Source: Candidatus Latescibacterota bacterium
Lineage (GTDB): Bacteria; Latescibacterota; UBA2968; UBA8231
DNA length: 64,000 nt
Assembly (NCBI GenBank): GCA_965208105.1
Contig: OZ242318.1
Span: 3,264,001 to 3,328,000 of the forward strand
Direction of reading: 5' to 3'
Made by a program: the position numbers and the translations under genes. Shown in pieces: positions 19,080 through 29,426 of the stretch. How positions within the stretch are numbered: the stretch's first letter is position 1; each line of letters begins with the position of its first letter. Under the pieces are notes generated by a model. The model saw only the letters and a program-made list of their open reading frames with translations, did not search any database and was not told the DNA's origin.

Positions 19080-21446
19080 TTGATAAAGTGGCTGACCGAC
19101 TACGCGAAGTGGCTCCACACCCGGTGGCCGGCAGGAGCGGTGGAGAAACTCCCTCAGGTGGACGAAAACGGAGTGAGCAATATTTCCGGACTCTATATCG
19201 TCGGAGACCTTACCGGGATTCCCCTGCTGAAATTCTCCTCCGATACAGGGGCCCGGTCGGTGCATCACATCGTGGCCGACGGCGATTTCCAAAAGGAGAG
19301 ACGGGAGCAGCCGCACGATGATGTCCTCGACCTGGCCATCGTCGGTGCCGGGGTCTCCGGAATGGCCGCTGCGTTGGCGGCGCGCCAGGCCGAGCTGCGA
19401 TTTGAAATTCTCGAGGCCGCCGAGCCATTCTCCACGGTGGCGAATTTTCCCAAGGGCAAGCCGATCTATACCTATCCCACCGACATGACACCTGCGGGTT
19501 CTCTGCAGCTCAGCGCAACGGTCAAGGAACCACTCGTCGAGGAGCTCAAGAGCCAGACCTTGGGCCAGGGGATCGAACCCCGGCTGGAGCGGGTCGAAAA
19601 GGTGCAAAAGCAGGGCGGCCTCTTCGAGTTGACCATACCGGGCGGCGATCCCCTGCGGGCGCGGCGGGTGATCGTCGCCATTGGACGCTCGGGCAACTTC
19701 CGCAAACTGGGTGTTCCAGGGGAGAATCTGGACAAGGTTTCCAACCGCCTGCACGATCCCAAGGACTTCAGTGACAAGAATGTCCTGGTCGTTGGCGGCG
19801 GCGACAGTGCCCTGGAGACCTCCATTGCCGTCGCTCTGGCCGGCGGCCAGGTCACCCTGTCCTACCGCAAGCCCGAGTTTGCCCGTCCCAAGCCGGAGAA
19901 CATAGAGAAACTGCACGTGCTTTCCGCGGATCCCATGGCAGACGTGGCCGTCGATACCCCTTCCTCCGAGAGGGTGACGACTTCCAGCGGCCGATTCCTC
20001 GAGGAGGGACGGCGGCCAGGCGGCATCAGGTTGATGATGGGGAGCTCGGTGCAGGAAATCGAAGAATCGGAGGTGGTGCTCAGGGATGCCGACGGCCAGG
20101 ATGTGCGCATTGACAACGACGCTGTGTTCAGCATGATCGGACGCGAGGCGCCGCTCGAGTTCTTCCGGCGCAGCGGGGTGAACATCAAGGGCGAGATGCG
20201 GGCGCGGCAGTGGGCGGGGCTGGGTCTGTTCATGGTCTTCTGCACCTTCGTCTACAACTGGAAGGCCGGCGGCCAGTTGACCCAGGTATTCCAGGCAAAC
20301 AACTGGTTCCCATACAACTTACCCGACCTTTGGAGGGCGGGCGCCGCCCTTGCGGACGATCCATCCAGCCTGATCGGGGTCCTGGCCTATAACCTCGGTC
20401 AGCCTGGATTTTACTACAGCCTGGCCTACTCCCTCCTGGTGGGGATCTTCGGATACCGCCGCATCAAGCGGCGGCGCACGTCCTACATCAAGGTGCAGAC
20501 CTTGAGTCTGACAGCGATCCAGGTCGTACCCCTTTTCCTCCTTCCCTATATCCTCCTTCCATATTTGGGTTACAACGGAGTTTTCGACGGAGGTTTTGGA
20601 AGAAGTATCGCCGATGCTCTGTTCCCCGAGGTCGACTACGGACACGGCCGCGAGTATTGGCGGGCCTTCGGCCTCATCCTTGCCTGGCCGCTTTTCATCT
20701 GGAATGTCTTCACCTCGCAGCCCCTGTGGTGGTGGCTGGGCATCAGTATCGCGCAGACCTTCGTCCTGATACCTCTTGCCATCTACTTCTGGGGCAAGGG
20801 GGCGTATTGCGGATGGATCTGTTCCTGTGGAGCCCTGGCCGAAACCCTGGGCGATCAGCAGCGCCACAAGATGTGGCACGGTGCGGTCTGGAACAAGGTC
20901 AATATGGTGGGGCAGGCCATCCTGGTTCTGTGCGTGTTGCTGCTGCTGTCGCGCATCGTCAGCTGGGTCTGGCCGTACACCGGTGCCGGAGCCGCGTTTC
21001 GCCAGTTTTACGAAGGCCTGCTGTACGGCTGGAATCCATGGGGAATTCAACTCAACTACAAGTGGGTGGTGGATATTCTACTGGCGGGCATTATCGGCTA
21101 TGGGGCTTATTTCTGGTTCAGCGGCCGGGTTTGGTGCCGCTTTGCCTGTCCGCTGGCTGCCCTCATGCACCTCTATGCCCGCTTCAGCCGGTTTCGCATT
21201 CTGGCCGACAAGAAGAAGTGCATTTCGTGCAACGTGTGCACCTCGGTGTGCCATCAGGGGATCGATATAATGAACTTCGCCAACAAGGGGCTGCCCATGA
21301 CAGATCCGGAATGTGTGCGCTGCAGCGCCTGCGTGGAATCGTGTCCGACCGGAGTCCTAGAGTTCGGGCAGGTGGACCGCTCCACCGGGGAGGTAATCAG
21401 GAGGGATCGGCTGGAAGCTTCTCTGGTCCGCCGGCGCGAGGAGTAG
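19080..21446 (+). CDS. FAD/NAD(P)-dependent oxidoreductase fused to a polytopic membrane 4Fe-4S (NapH/RdxA-like) domain
   Basis: GAGVSG and GGGDSA Rossmann motifs; multiple TMs; CGWICSCG, WCRFACP, CISCNVCTSVC, CVRCSACVESCP; TTG start after AGGAGGAG. Confidence 0.82.
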   Translation: MIKWLTDYAKWLHTRWPAGAVEKLPQVDENGVSNISGLYIVGDLTGIPLLKFSSDTGARSVHHIVADGDFQKERREQPHDDVLDLAIVGAGVSGMAAALAARQAELRFEILEAAEPFSTVANFPKGKPIYTYPTDMTPAGSLQLSATVKEPLVEELKSQTLGQGIEPRLERVEKVQKQGGLFELTIPGGDPLRARRVIVAIGRSGNFRKLGVPGENLDKVSNRLHDPKDFSDKNVLVVGGGDSALETSIAVALAGGQVTLSYRKPEFARPKPENIEKLHVLSADPMADVAVDTPSSERVTTSSGRFLEEGRRPGGIRLMMGSSVQEIEESEVVLRDADGQDVRIDNDAVFSMIGREAPLEFFRRSGVNIKGEMRARQWAGLGLFMVFCTFVYNWKAGGQLTQVFQANNWFPYNLPDLWRAGAALADDPSSLIGVLAYNLGQPGFYYSLAYSLLVGIFGYRRIKRRRTSYIKVQTLSLTAIQVVPLFLLPYILLPYLGYNGVFDGGFGRSIADALFPEVDYGHGREYWRAFGLILAWPLFIWNVFTSQPLWWWLGISIAQTFVLIPLAIYFWGKGAYCGWICSCGALAETLGDQQRHKMWHGAVWNKVNMVGQAILVLCVLLLLSRIVSWVWPYTGAGAAFRQFYEGLLYGWNPWGIQLNYKWVVDILLAGIIGYGAYFWFSGRVWCRFACPLAALMHLYARFSRFRILADKKKCISCNVCTSVCHQGIDIMNFANKGLPMTDPECVRCSACVESCPTGVLEFGQVDRSTGEVIRRDRLEASLVRRREE

Positions 21447-21603
21447 CGTGGCTGCCTCCTGTTTTTGGGGGGGTTGAAGGGCATATTCACCGGGAGAATG
21501 AATTTATTCGGATTCCGGTGCGGAATCGCGGCAAGGTTCTGACGGTCTAATTATTGCGCGGTGCAATCATTGGATCGGCTGGAGACTACACGAGAGGACA
21601 GAG

Positions 21604-22947
21604 ATGAGGCAATCGACGGGAAAGATGCTGCTGGCAGTCGGGACCCTGGTTTCGAGTATTGCGCTCGGGGCCTGTGGAGGCGGGTCCGACACGACCGCAA
21701 AAGAGGGTGAAAGGGGGAAGGAGGCCGCAAGGGGAAGGCAGTGGGGAGGCGGTGGCGCGGCCGGGGCGACCGCGGCGATTCCCGTCAAGGCGGAAGCGGT
21801 GCAGCGCGGGGACGTGGCGCTCTATGTCCAGACCCACGCCCGGCTGGAAGCCGAGCGCTGGGTGAGTGTGGTGGCGCGCGTCCAGGGGATGGTGACGGAA
21901 CTCGCCGTCGAAGAAGGGGACCAGGTGGCGGAAGGAGACGTCCTGGCGCGGCTGAACAAGGAAGAGTTGGCCCTGAGGGTTGAGCAGGCAGAGGTAGCGC
22001 TGGAGCAGGCTGCCAGCACCTACGACCGCACCAAGGCCCTTTACGATCGCCAGCTGGTCAGCGAAGAGGAGTACGACGCTGCCTGGCACCAGATGAGAAA
22101 TATCGAGGTCAACCTGGAAGAAGCCCGGATCAATTTGGATCATGCCGATGTAATTGCGCCCATTTCCGGAACCGTGATGCAGCGTCTGGTAGAGGTGGGA
22201 GACGTGGTCCGGGCCAACGACCAGGTGTTCGCGGTGGCGGACCTGGACCCGCTGCTGGCGCGCATCCACGTCCCCGAGAAGCGGATGCGCGAGATCAGCA
22301 AAGGGCAGGATGCCCGCATCGCGGTCGACTCCGTGCCCGACAGGACTTTCGTCGGCCGCATTCGGATGATCAGCCCGGGGGTCGATCCCCAAAGCGGCAC
22401 CGTAAAGGTGACCCTCGAGATTCCCGACGCGACAGGGTTGTTGAAGCCGGGGATGTTCGCAACCGTCCGCATTGTCACCGAGCGTCGCCAGGGGACCTTG
22501 GTCGTTCCCAAGAAGGCTCTCGTTCTGGAGACGGACGAAGACGATGTCTTCGTATTTTCGCAAGGAACGGCGCGCCGGGTCCGCATTCAGCCGGGATTCG
22601 TGGACGGAGACATGGTGGAGGTGGTGTCCGGGCTCGCGGAAGGAGATCTGGTGATAACCCTGGGCCAGGAAGGCCTGAGGGAGGGCACCCGAATAAGGCT
22701 TGCGGGCCAGGCCGCAGAGGGCGGGGAAGAAGACCCGCCGGTGGAAAAGGGCAGACCGGGCTTCTCCGGGGAGCGGGGAGCGGGTGAGCCAGGTCCCGCC
22801 TCCTCCTTCCGGGGCGGGAGAGCCTTCCCCGATTCTGCCGCCTTCGTGAAACGGGCACAGGAACAACGGGGTTTGAGCGAGTCGGAGGCAGTGGAACGCT
22901 GGCGCAGAGTGAAGGAGCGTTTTGGAACCCGGAGCGAAAGCGACTGA
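21604..22947 (+). CDS. RND efflux periplasmic adaptor (lipoprotein)
   Basis: LGAC lipobox, VEEGDQVAEGDVLA, IAPISG, LKPGMFA. Confidence 0.93.
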   Translation: MRQSTGKMLLAVGTLVSSIALGACGGGSDTTAKEGERGKEAARGRQWGGGGAAGATAAIPVKAEAVQRGDVALYVQTHARLEAERWVSVVARVQGMVTELAVEEGDQVAEGDVLARLNKEELALRVEQAEVALEQAASTYDRTKALYDRQLVSEEEYDAAWHQMRNIEVNLEEARINLDHADVIAPISGTVMQRLVEVGDVVRANDQVFAVADLDPLLARIHVPEKRMREISKGQDARIAVDSVPDRTFVGRIRMISPGVDPQSGTVKVTLEIPDATGLLKPGMFATVRIVTERRQGTLVVPKKALVLETDEDDVFVFSQGTARRVRIQPGFVDGDMVEVVSGLAEGDLVITLGQEGLREGTRIRLAGQAAEGGEEDPPVEKGRPGFSGERGAGEPGPASSFRGGRAFPDSAAFVKRAQEQRGLSESEAVERWRRVKERFGTRSESD

Positions 22948-22950
22948 CCT

Positions 22951-25900
22951 ATGCGGCTGATCGACTTCTCCACCAGACGCCGGGTTACGGTGGCCATGCT
23001 CATGGTCGCCATCGTTGCGTTCGGGCTGGTCGGATTTTCCCGTCTTGCCCTCAACCTGCTTCCCGATATCACCTATCCAACGATTGCGGTTCGGACCGAG
23101 TACACCGGGGTGTCCCCGGTTGAGATAGAGCGCCTGATCTCGGAACCGATCGAGGGCCTGGTGGGTGTGGTGAGCAATGTGGTGCGGGTGAGTTCGATTT
23201 CGCGGGCAGGACTCTCGGACGTTGTGGTGGAGTTCGCCTGGGGAACAAATATGGACTTCGCGGCCCTGGACATCCGCGAGAAGCTCGACCTGGCGCAGTT
23301 GCCGCAGGAAGCGGATGAGCCGATTCTCCTGCGATTTGATCCCTCCCTGGATCCAATCATGAGGGTGGCGCTTCATGGCGAGTCCGGCCTGATGGAGTTG
23401 CGGCGGGTGGCCGAGGAGCGCCTGCGCCTGGTGTTGGAGAGCCTGGAGGGAGTGGCCGCGGTGCGGGTCGAAGGGGGGATGGAGGAAGAGATCCGCGTGG
23501 AGATCGAGACCGCGCGGCTTGCCCATCTTGGCGTTTCGATCGATCAGGTGACCAGCCGTCTCGAGGCCGAAAACGTGAACCTTACCGGTGGATTGCTCAA
23601 GGACGGCGAAGCCGAATTCCTGGTGCGGACTTTAAACGAGTTCGAAGACATGGATGAAATCGGCGAGATCGTCATCGCCCGGATCGGCCCTGCCGCGGTG
23701 AAGCTCGAGGATGTGGGAAGGGTGATTCGCGGCCACAGAGAGCGCGACCTGATCACCCGGATCAATGGCCGCGAAGGGGTTGAGATCGCCATCTTCAAGG
23801 AGGGGGACGCCAATACCGTCCAGGTGAGCAAGGCGCTGCGGGAAAGGCTGGATGAATTTCAGGTTGACTACGAAGACCTGCTCGGCGCCAGCACGGTGGA
23901 GGTTGTCTTCGACCAGGCTGAATTTATCCAGCAGGCTGTGGACGAGGTTCTCAACACCGCCATCCTGGGCGCCATCCTGGCCATCGTGGTCCTCTACCTC
24001 TTCCTGCGCGACCTCAGGGCCACCGCGATTATCGGCCTCTCCATCCCCATTTCGGTATTGGCAACCTTTTTCTTCATGTTCGGTTCCGAGGTCAGCCTCA
24101 ATATCATGTCTCTTGGTGGCCTGGCCCTGGGGGTGGGCATGCTGGTTGACAACTCCATCGTAGTCCTGGAGAGTGTACGGCGCTACCGCGACCAGGGCCT
24201 CTCCAGCCTGGAGGCCGCCAGGCAGGGCAGCAGCGTGGTCGGCAAGGCGGTAATCGCCGCCACCCTGACCACGATCTGTGTCTTTGTGCCCATCGTATTT
24301 GTGGAGGGAGTCGCCGGCCAGCTTTTCCGCGACCAGGCCCTGACCGTGACCTACTCCCTTGTGGCCTCACTGATCGTAGCCCTGATGCTGATACCCATGC
24401 TCTCCTCTCTGGCGATGAGCCGCCTGGCGCAGGAGGAACAGGCCCCCGGGGGGATGCTCGTCCGCGCTCCGGCACAGGTAGTTCGCGCGGTGAAAATGGT
24501 CCTGGGCAGGCTGGGGCGTCTTCTCGGCTTGCTGTTGCGGCCGCTCTACTGGGGATTCGACACTGCCTACGGCTTTCTTGCCGCGGTTTACCCAAAGGCA
24601 TTGGACTGGTCCCTGCGTCATCGCGCCTGGGTCTTGATAGTATTTTTCATCTTCTCCGGCCTGGTGCTGCAGCGCGGCCTGTCCCTTGGGGTAGAACTGA
24701 TCCCGGAGATGAGCCAGGGAGAATTCCTCGTCGATCTGGAGTGGCCTGCGGGCACGCCCCTGGAGAACAACGCCCAACGGACCGCCGAAATAGACGGCCC
24801 CATCCAGTCCCGGGACCCGGTGATTGCCGTGTTTTCCCTGATTGGTTCGCTGGGGCAGAGCGGAGGCTATGCCGGCGAGCGAAAGGAGAATATTGCCCAG
24901 GTCTACGTACGCCTCGAGGATGGAAGTACCCGGCAGGACGAGGAGGAGGCCATGGAGCGGGTCCGCCGGGATTTGAGCAATGTCCCCGATCTGCAATACA
25001 AGTTTTCGCGGCCTTCATACTTTTCCTTCCGCACCCCTGTCGAGGTGGAAATCTCCGGATACAATCTTCAGACCCTTCGCCTCCTGGCGGAAGAGGTCAA
25101 GGAGAAGATGGGTGAAGTCCCGGGTCTCGTGGACGTCAAGGCGAGCACGGAGGAAGGACAGCCCGAGATCCAGGTGGTCTTCGACCGCCAGCGGGTGGCA
25201 GAGTTGGGAACGACGATTCAATCAATCGGCGAGATACTGCGCAACAAGCTGCAGGGAGTGGTGGCCACCGAATTGACCCGCGGCGACCGCAGGATCGATA
25301 TCAGGGTGCGGGCGGAAGAGTCCGAGCGCCACAGCTTGGAAGACTTGCAGCGGCTTATAGTCAGCCCGCCGGCACATCCGGTCCCCGTTGCCCTCGACGC
25401 GGTGGCGGCGGTGGAGGTCGTCGAGGGGCCGGCGGAGATCCGGCGCGTAGACCAGGAGCGGGTGGCGGTCATCTCCGCAAACCTCAGCGGCAGAGACCTG
25501 GGAAGCGTGGTCCAGGAGATCGAATCGTCCATGGCCGGGATTCCCGTGCCCGAAGGCTTTGCCATGGCTGTAGGAGGCCAGAACGAAGAGATGGTGCGTT
25601 CGTTCGACAGCATGAAGTTTGCCCTGGGGTTGGCCGTGTTCCTGGTCTACCTGGTGATGGCGTCCCAGTTCGAATCGCTGCTGCACCCCCTGGTGATAAT
25701 GTTCACCATTCCCCTGGGGCTGGTGGGCAGCGCCCTGGGTCTGGTGCTGACGGGACAGAGCATAAGCGTGGTAGTGCTGATCGGACTGATCATGCTGGCC
25801 GGAATCGTGGTGAACAACGCGATTGTCCTGGTGGACTACATCAACCACCTGCGCAGAGATGAAGGAATGGCCAAGGTAGAGGCCGTGTTGCGCGCCGGCA

Positions 25901-26097
25901 CGGTGCGGCTGCGGCCCATCCTGATGACCACCTCTACAACCGTCCTGGGTTTGTTGCCCATGGCTTTGGGGCTTGGGGAAGGCGCCGAGATTCGCGCCCC
26001 GATGGCCATAACCGTAATTGGCGGACTGCTGGTTTCCACCATTCTGACCCTGGTGGTCATCCCCGTAGTCTACGCGACCCTGGACCGCAGCGCCTAG
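22951..26097 (+). CDS. RND efflux permease subunit 1
   Basis: GMLVDNSIVVLE, VMASQFES, GIVVNNAIVLVD, RLRPILMT; 1048 aa. Confidence 0.95.
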   Translation: MRLIDFSTRRRVTVAMLMVAIVAFGLVGFSRLALNLLPDITYPTIAVRTEYTGVSPVEIERLISEPIEGLVGVVSNVVRVSSISRAGLSDVVVEFAWGTNMDFAALDIREKLDLAQLPQEADEPILLRFDPSLDPIMRVALHGESGLMELRRVAEERLRLVLESLEGVAAVRVEGGMEEEIRVEIETARLAHLGVSIDQVTSRLEAENVNLTGGLLKDGEAEFLVRTLNEFEDMDEIGEIVIARIGPAAVKLEDVGRVIRGHRERDLITRINGREGVEIAIFKEGDANTVQVSKALRERLDEFQVDYEDLLGASTVEVVFDQAEFIQQAVDEVLNTAILGAILAIVVLYLFLRDLRATAIIGLSIPISVLATFFFMFGSEVSLNIMSLGGLALGVGMLVDNSIVVLESVRRYRDQGLSSLEAARQGSSVVGKAVIAATLTTICVFVPIVFVEGVAGQLFRDQALTVTYSLVASLIVALMLIPMLSSLAMSRLAQEEQAPGGMLVRAPAQVVRAVKMVLGRLGRLLGLLLRPLYWGFDTAYGFLAAVYPKALDWSLRHRAWVLIVFFIFSGLVLQRGLSLGVELIPEMSQGEFLVDLEWPAGTPLENNAQRTAEIDGPIQSRDPVIAVFSLIGSLGQSGGYAGERKENIAQVYVRLEDGSTRQDEEEAMERVRRDLSNVPDLQYKFSRPSYFSFRTPVEVEISGYNLQTLRLLAEEVKEKMGEVPGLVDVKASTEEGQPEIQVVFDRQRVAELGTTIQSIGEILRNKLQGVVATELTRGDRRIDIRVRAEESERHSLEDLQRLIVSPPAHPVPVALDAVAAVEVVEGPAEIRRVDQERVAVISANLSGRDLGSVVQEIESSMAGIPVPEGFAMAVGGQNEEMVRSFDSMKFALGLAVFLVYLVMASQFESLLHPLVIMFTIPLGLVGSALGLVLTGQSISVVVLIGLIMLAGIVVNNAIVLVDYINHLRRDEGMAKVEAVLRAGTVRLRPILMTTSTTVLGLLPMALGLGEGAEIRAPMAITVIGGLLVSTILTLVVIPVVYATLDRSA

Positions 26098-26109
26098 AAG
26101 GGCCGGTAA

Positions 26110-29100
26110 ATGAAGATTTCCGAGTTCGCCGTCCGCAGAGGGGTTACCACCACCATGATCACCTTGAGCGTCCTGGTGCTGGGAGTGGTTTCCCTGAGCC
26201 GCCTGCCTCTGGAGCAGTTGCCGGCGATTTCCTCTTCGGGGATCACGGTTACGGGCTTCTATCCGTCTTCCTCGCCCGAAGAGGTGGAGCGCCATATTAC
26301 CCTGCCCCTGGAGGAGACCCTCGGGACCTTGGGCAACACGGAGAGGATCAGTTCCACCTCCTCGTCTGACCGGGCATCGGTGCGAGTCGACTTCAAGGCG
26401 GGCACGGACATGGATTTGGCCAACATGGAGGTGCGGGAGCGGGTAGACATGGCGCGGAGATTGTTGCCGCCCGACCTGGAGCGCATCCAGATTCGCCGCT
26501 GGCAGAGCGACCAGAGGCCCATTCTCTATGCCAGCATGGCCTGGCGCGGCGAGGGGGACAGGCTCCACGACATTGCCCTCAAGGTGGTCGAGCCAGGCCT
26601 GCTTCGTCTGGATGGGGTGGTCAACGTTTCGGTGGGAGGCATGGAGGAGAAGCAGTTGATCGTGGAGCTGGATCAGGAGCGACTCCAGGCCCACAACGTG
26701 GACCTGCCTGCCCTGGCCTGGCAGGTGCGCAACAACAACGTCAATTTGTCCCTGGGTCGGGTTCTGGATGCGGATCAGCGTTACCTGGTGCGGGCCCTGG
26801 GAGAGTTCGGCGAAGTGGACGAGATCGGCCGGTTGCCCCTGATCGGCCGGAACCTGCGCCTGGAAGACCTTGGAGAGGTGAATTACGACTACCCTGAAAA
26901 AAAGCGCTTCGAGCGCCTCAATGGCGCAGAGGCGGTTACCTTGAACGTATACAAGGCGGCCACCGCCGGGGTCGTGGAGGTGGCCGCTGCAGCGCGCGGG
27001 ACATTGGAGGAGATCGAGGCGGAATACGGTGGAAGACTTGATATCGAAATCGTTCGCGACCGCGCCGAGAGTGTATTGCGGGAAGTGAACAACCTCACCG
27101 ACGCGGCGTTTCTAGGTGCATTCCTGGCCATAGGCATTATCTATCTCTTTCTGCGCAACATCCGCAGCACCCTGGTCATAGCTGTGGCGATCCCTATTTC
27201 AGTTCTGTGCGTTTTCGTGGGCATGTACCTGGCGCGCGAGTTCCTCGGCTCCACGATTACCCTCAACATGGTTTCGATGATGGGGTTGATGCTGGCGGTG
27301 GGAATGTTGGTGGATCCAGCCGTGGTTACCCTGGAGAGCATCTTCCGCAAACGCGAGGAAGAAGGTCTGCCGCCTGGAGAGGCCGCCCTGGAAGGCAGCA
27401 GGGAAATCGGAATGGCGGTCCTGGCTTCCGGTCTGACCACCATGTGCGTGTTCATTCCCTTCTTCTTTCTGGCCAGCGGCCGCATGACCACCTGGCTGCG
27501 CGATGCGGGAATGACCATCTGCCTGGCAATTGCCGTTTCGATGTTGGTGGCACTCTCGGTCATTCCACTGGTGTCGTCACGGCTCTTCCAGAGGAAGTAC
27601 CGGCGCCTGGATCCATGGCTGAGAATGGGATTCCTGCTGGCATTTCTGGCCTTTGCGATGTGGAAGCTGTACAGTGCGGGCTGGGAGGGGGCCGGGTCGT
27701 GGGCGATGGCATGGCTGGAGCGTCTCGGTGCCTCCCTGGCGGGAATGGAGTGGACCACGGGTCTCACCCTGGGGACCTGTCTGTTGTTGACGGTCATTGC
27801 TGCAAGGTTCCTGCGCCGCCGGGGAATGCGGGACTCGTACGCGAGCCTTTTGAACTGGACCTTGGATCACCGCTGGGTGCCGCTGCTGGCAACAGTGACC
27901 TTGCTGGTCACCGGAATATTCCTTTTTCGCCAGATCGAGCAGCGCGGTACTCCCTGGACCCCGGAGCGCCGGGTGGACATTACCGTGGAGGCTGACCGCA
28001 GCTACAGCCTGAAGGAGGTGAGAGGGATATTCGAGGAGATGGAGAACGCGGTTCTGGAGAAAAAGAAGGACCTCGACGTAGAGACCCTGTCGACCAGCTT
28101 CGGCCAGCGGGGGGGAAGCCTGGCCGTCCGACTGGTGGATGCGGACGACGGCAGCCTGTCTACCATGGAGGCGGCCAGGGCGATCAGAAACCTGCTGCCG
28201 GAAAAGGTGGGGATCAGCTACAAGATGGGACGCCAGCGTAGCTGGTCCGGGCCCTTGCTGGGGGTGGAGGTCGAACTCAAAGGGCCGGATCCGGAGGTTC
28301 TCGCCCTGCTGGCAGAGGAGGTGAAAGTGAAGTTGAGGAGTCTGCCCGGCGTCCTTGAAGTAGACAGCAGCCTGGAGGACAGCGAGGAGGAAATCCTCGT
28401 GGAGGTCGACCGGGAACAGGCCCTGGGCTACGGGCTTTCTCCGCGCGAAGTGGCGACTTCCCTGGCAACGGCCCTGGGTACCCGCCGCACCAGCAGCTTC
28501 AAGGCCGAGGAGCGGGAGATCCCCATCGTGCTCCAGTGGGAAGAAGAGGATCGAAGCAATCTGGAGCAACTCAAGAACAGCCGCCTTACAGGACGAAATG
28601 ACGCGACTTTTCAGCTGGCCGGTCTGGCCGATTTCCAACTGCGGGAAGGACCGAAGGATCTCAAGCGCGAAGACCGCCAGCACAACGTGGTGGTGTTCGC
28701 CAACACCGAGAGCCGCGGCCAGGCTTTCCGCCTGATGGGGCCCGTTAGAGAAAAGATGAAGGAAGTGTCCCTGCCACCGGGGTATTCCTGGGATCTGGGA
28801 CGCGCTGCCCGCTGGGCCCAGCAGGATACCCAGGAAAACACCTTCACCCTGCTCTTCGCCCTGCTCCTGATATACCTGATCATGGCTTCGCTTTTCGAGT
28901 CCTTGATCCATCCATTCACCATCATGCTGGCCATTCCCTTCTCTTTGATCGGAGTGTTCGTGGGACTGTATGCCCTGGAAATACCGTTGGATTTCAACGG
29001 CATTCTGGGTCTGTTGATCCTGTTCGGAATTGTGGTGAACAACGGGATTGTGATGATAGACCACATCAACCACTTCCGCCGCGAGGGGATGGAGCGGCGC

Positions 29101-29373
29101 CAGGCCATCCTGCGAGGCGGACAAAACCGGCTGCGGCCCATTTTAATGACTGCGTTTACCACCATATTGAACCTGATGCCCCTTGTTTTGCCGATGATTT
29201 ACGGAACTTCGGAGGGCTTTGCCAGGCGCTGGGGACCGGTGGGCCTGGTGGTCGTCTGTGGCCTGGCCAGTTCCACGGTTTTGACTTTGGTGCTTGCGCC
29301 TACTCTCTACTCGCTTCTGGATGACCTGGCACTGTGGATGCGCCGGGTGGCGCGGGCTGCAACCGTTCATTGA
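26110..29373 (+). CDS. RND efflux permease subunit 2
   Basis: GMLVDPAVVTLE, IMASLFES, GIVVNNGIVMID, RLRPILMT; 1087 aa. Confidence 0.93.
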   Translation: MKISEFAVRRGVTTTMITLSVLVLGVVSLSRLPLEQLPAISSSGITVTGFYPSSSPEEVERHITLPLEETLGTLGNTERISSTSSSDRASVRVDFKAGTDMDLANMEVRERVDMARRLLPPDLERIQIRRWQSDQRPILYASMAWRGEGDRLHDIALKVVEPGLLRLDGVVNVSVGGMEEKQLIVELDQERLQAHNVDLPALAWQVRNNNVNLSLGRVLDADQRYLVRALGEFGEVDEIGRLPLIGRNLRLEDLGEVNYDYPEKKRFERLNGAEAVTLNVYKAATAGVVEVAAAARGTLEEIEAEYGGRLDIEIVRDRAESVLREVNNLTDAAFLGAFLAIGIIYLFLRNIRSTLVIAVAIPISVLCVFVGMYLAREFLGSTITLNMVSMMGLMLAVGMLVDPAVVTLESIFRKREEEGLPPGEAALEGSREIGMAVLASGLTTMCVFIPFFFLASGRMTTWLRDAGMTICLAIAVSMLVALSVIPLVSSRLFQRKYRRLDPWLRMGFLLAFLAFAMWKLYSAGWEGAGSWAMAWLERLGASLAGMEWTTGLTLGTCLLLTVIAARFLRRRGMRDSYASLLNWTLDHRWVPLLATVTLLVTGIFLFRQIEQRGTPWTPERRVDITVEADRSYSLKEVRGIFEEMENAVLEKKKDLDVETLSTSFGQRGGSLAVRLVDADDGSLSTMEAARAIRNLLPEKVGISYKMGRQRSWSGPLLGVEVELKGPDPEVLALLAEEVKVKLRSLPGVLEVDSSLEDSEEEILVEVDREQALGYGLSPREVATSLATALGTRRTSSFKAEEREIPIVLQWEEEDRSNLEQLKNSRLTGRNDATFQLAGLADFQLREGPKDLKREDRQHNVVVFANTESRGQAFRLMGPVREKMKEVSLPPGYSWDLGRAARWAQQDTQENTFTLLFALLLIYLIMASLFESLIHPFTIMLAIPFSLIGVFVGLYALEIPLDFNGILGLLILFGIVVNNGIVMIDHINHFRREGMERRQAILRGGQNRLRPILMTAFTTILNLMPLVLPMIYGTSEGFARRWGPVGLVVVCGLASSTVLTLVLAPTLYSLLDDLALWMRRVARAATVH

Positions 29374-29426
29374 AGCCGGACAACCATTGTATAGATCCGC
29401 CCGGCGGGTTTGTGAGGATTAAGATC

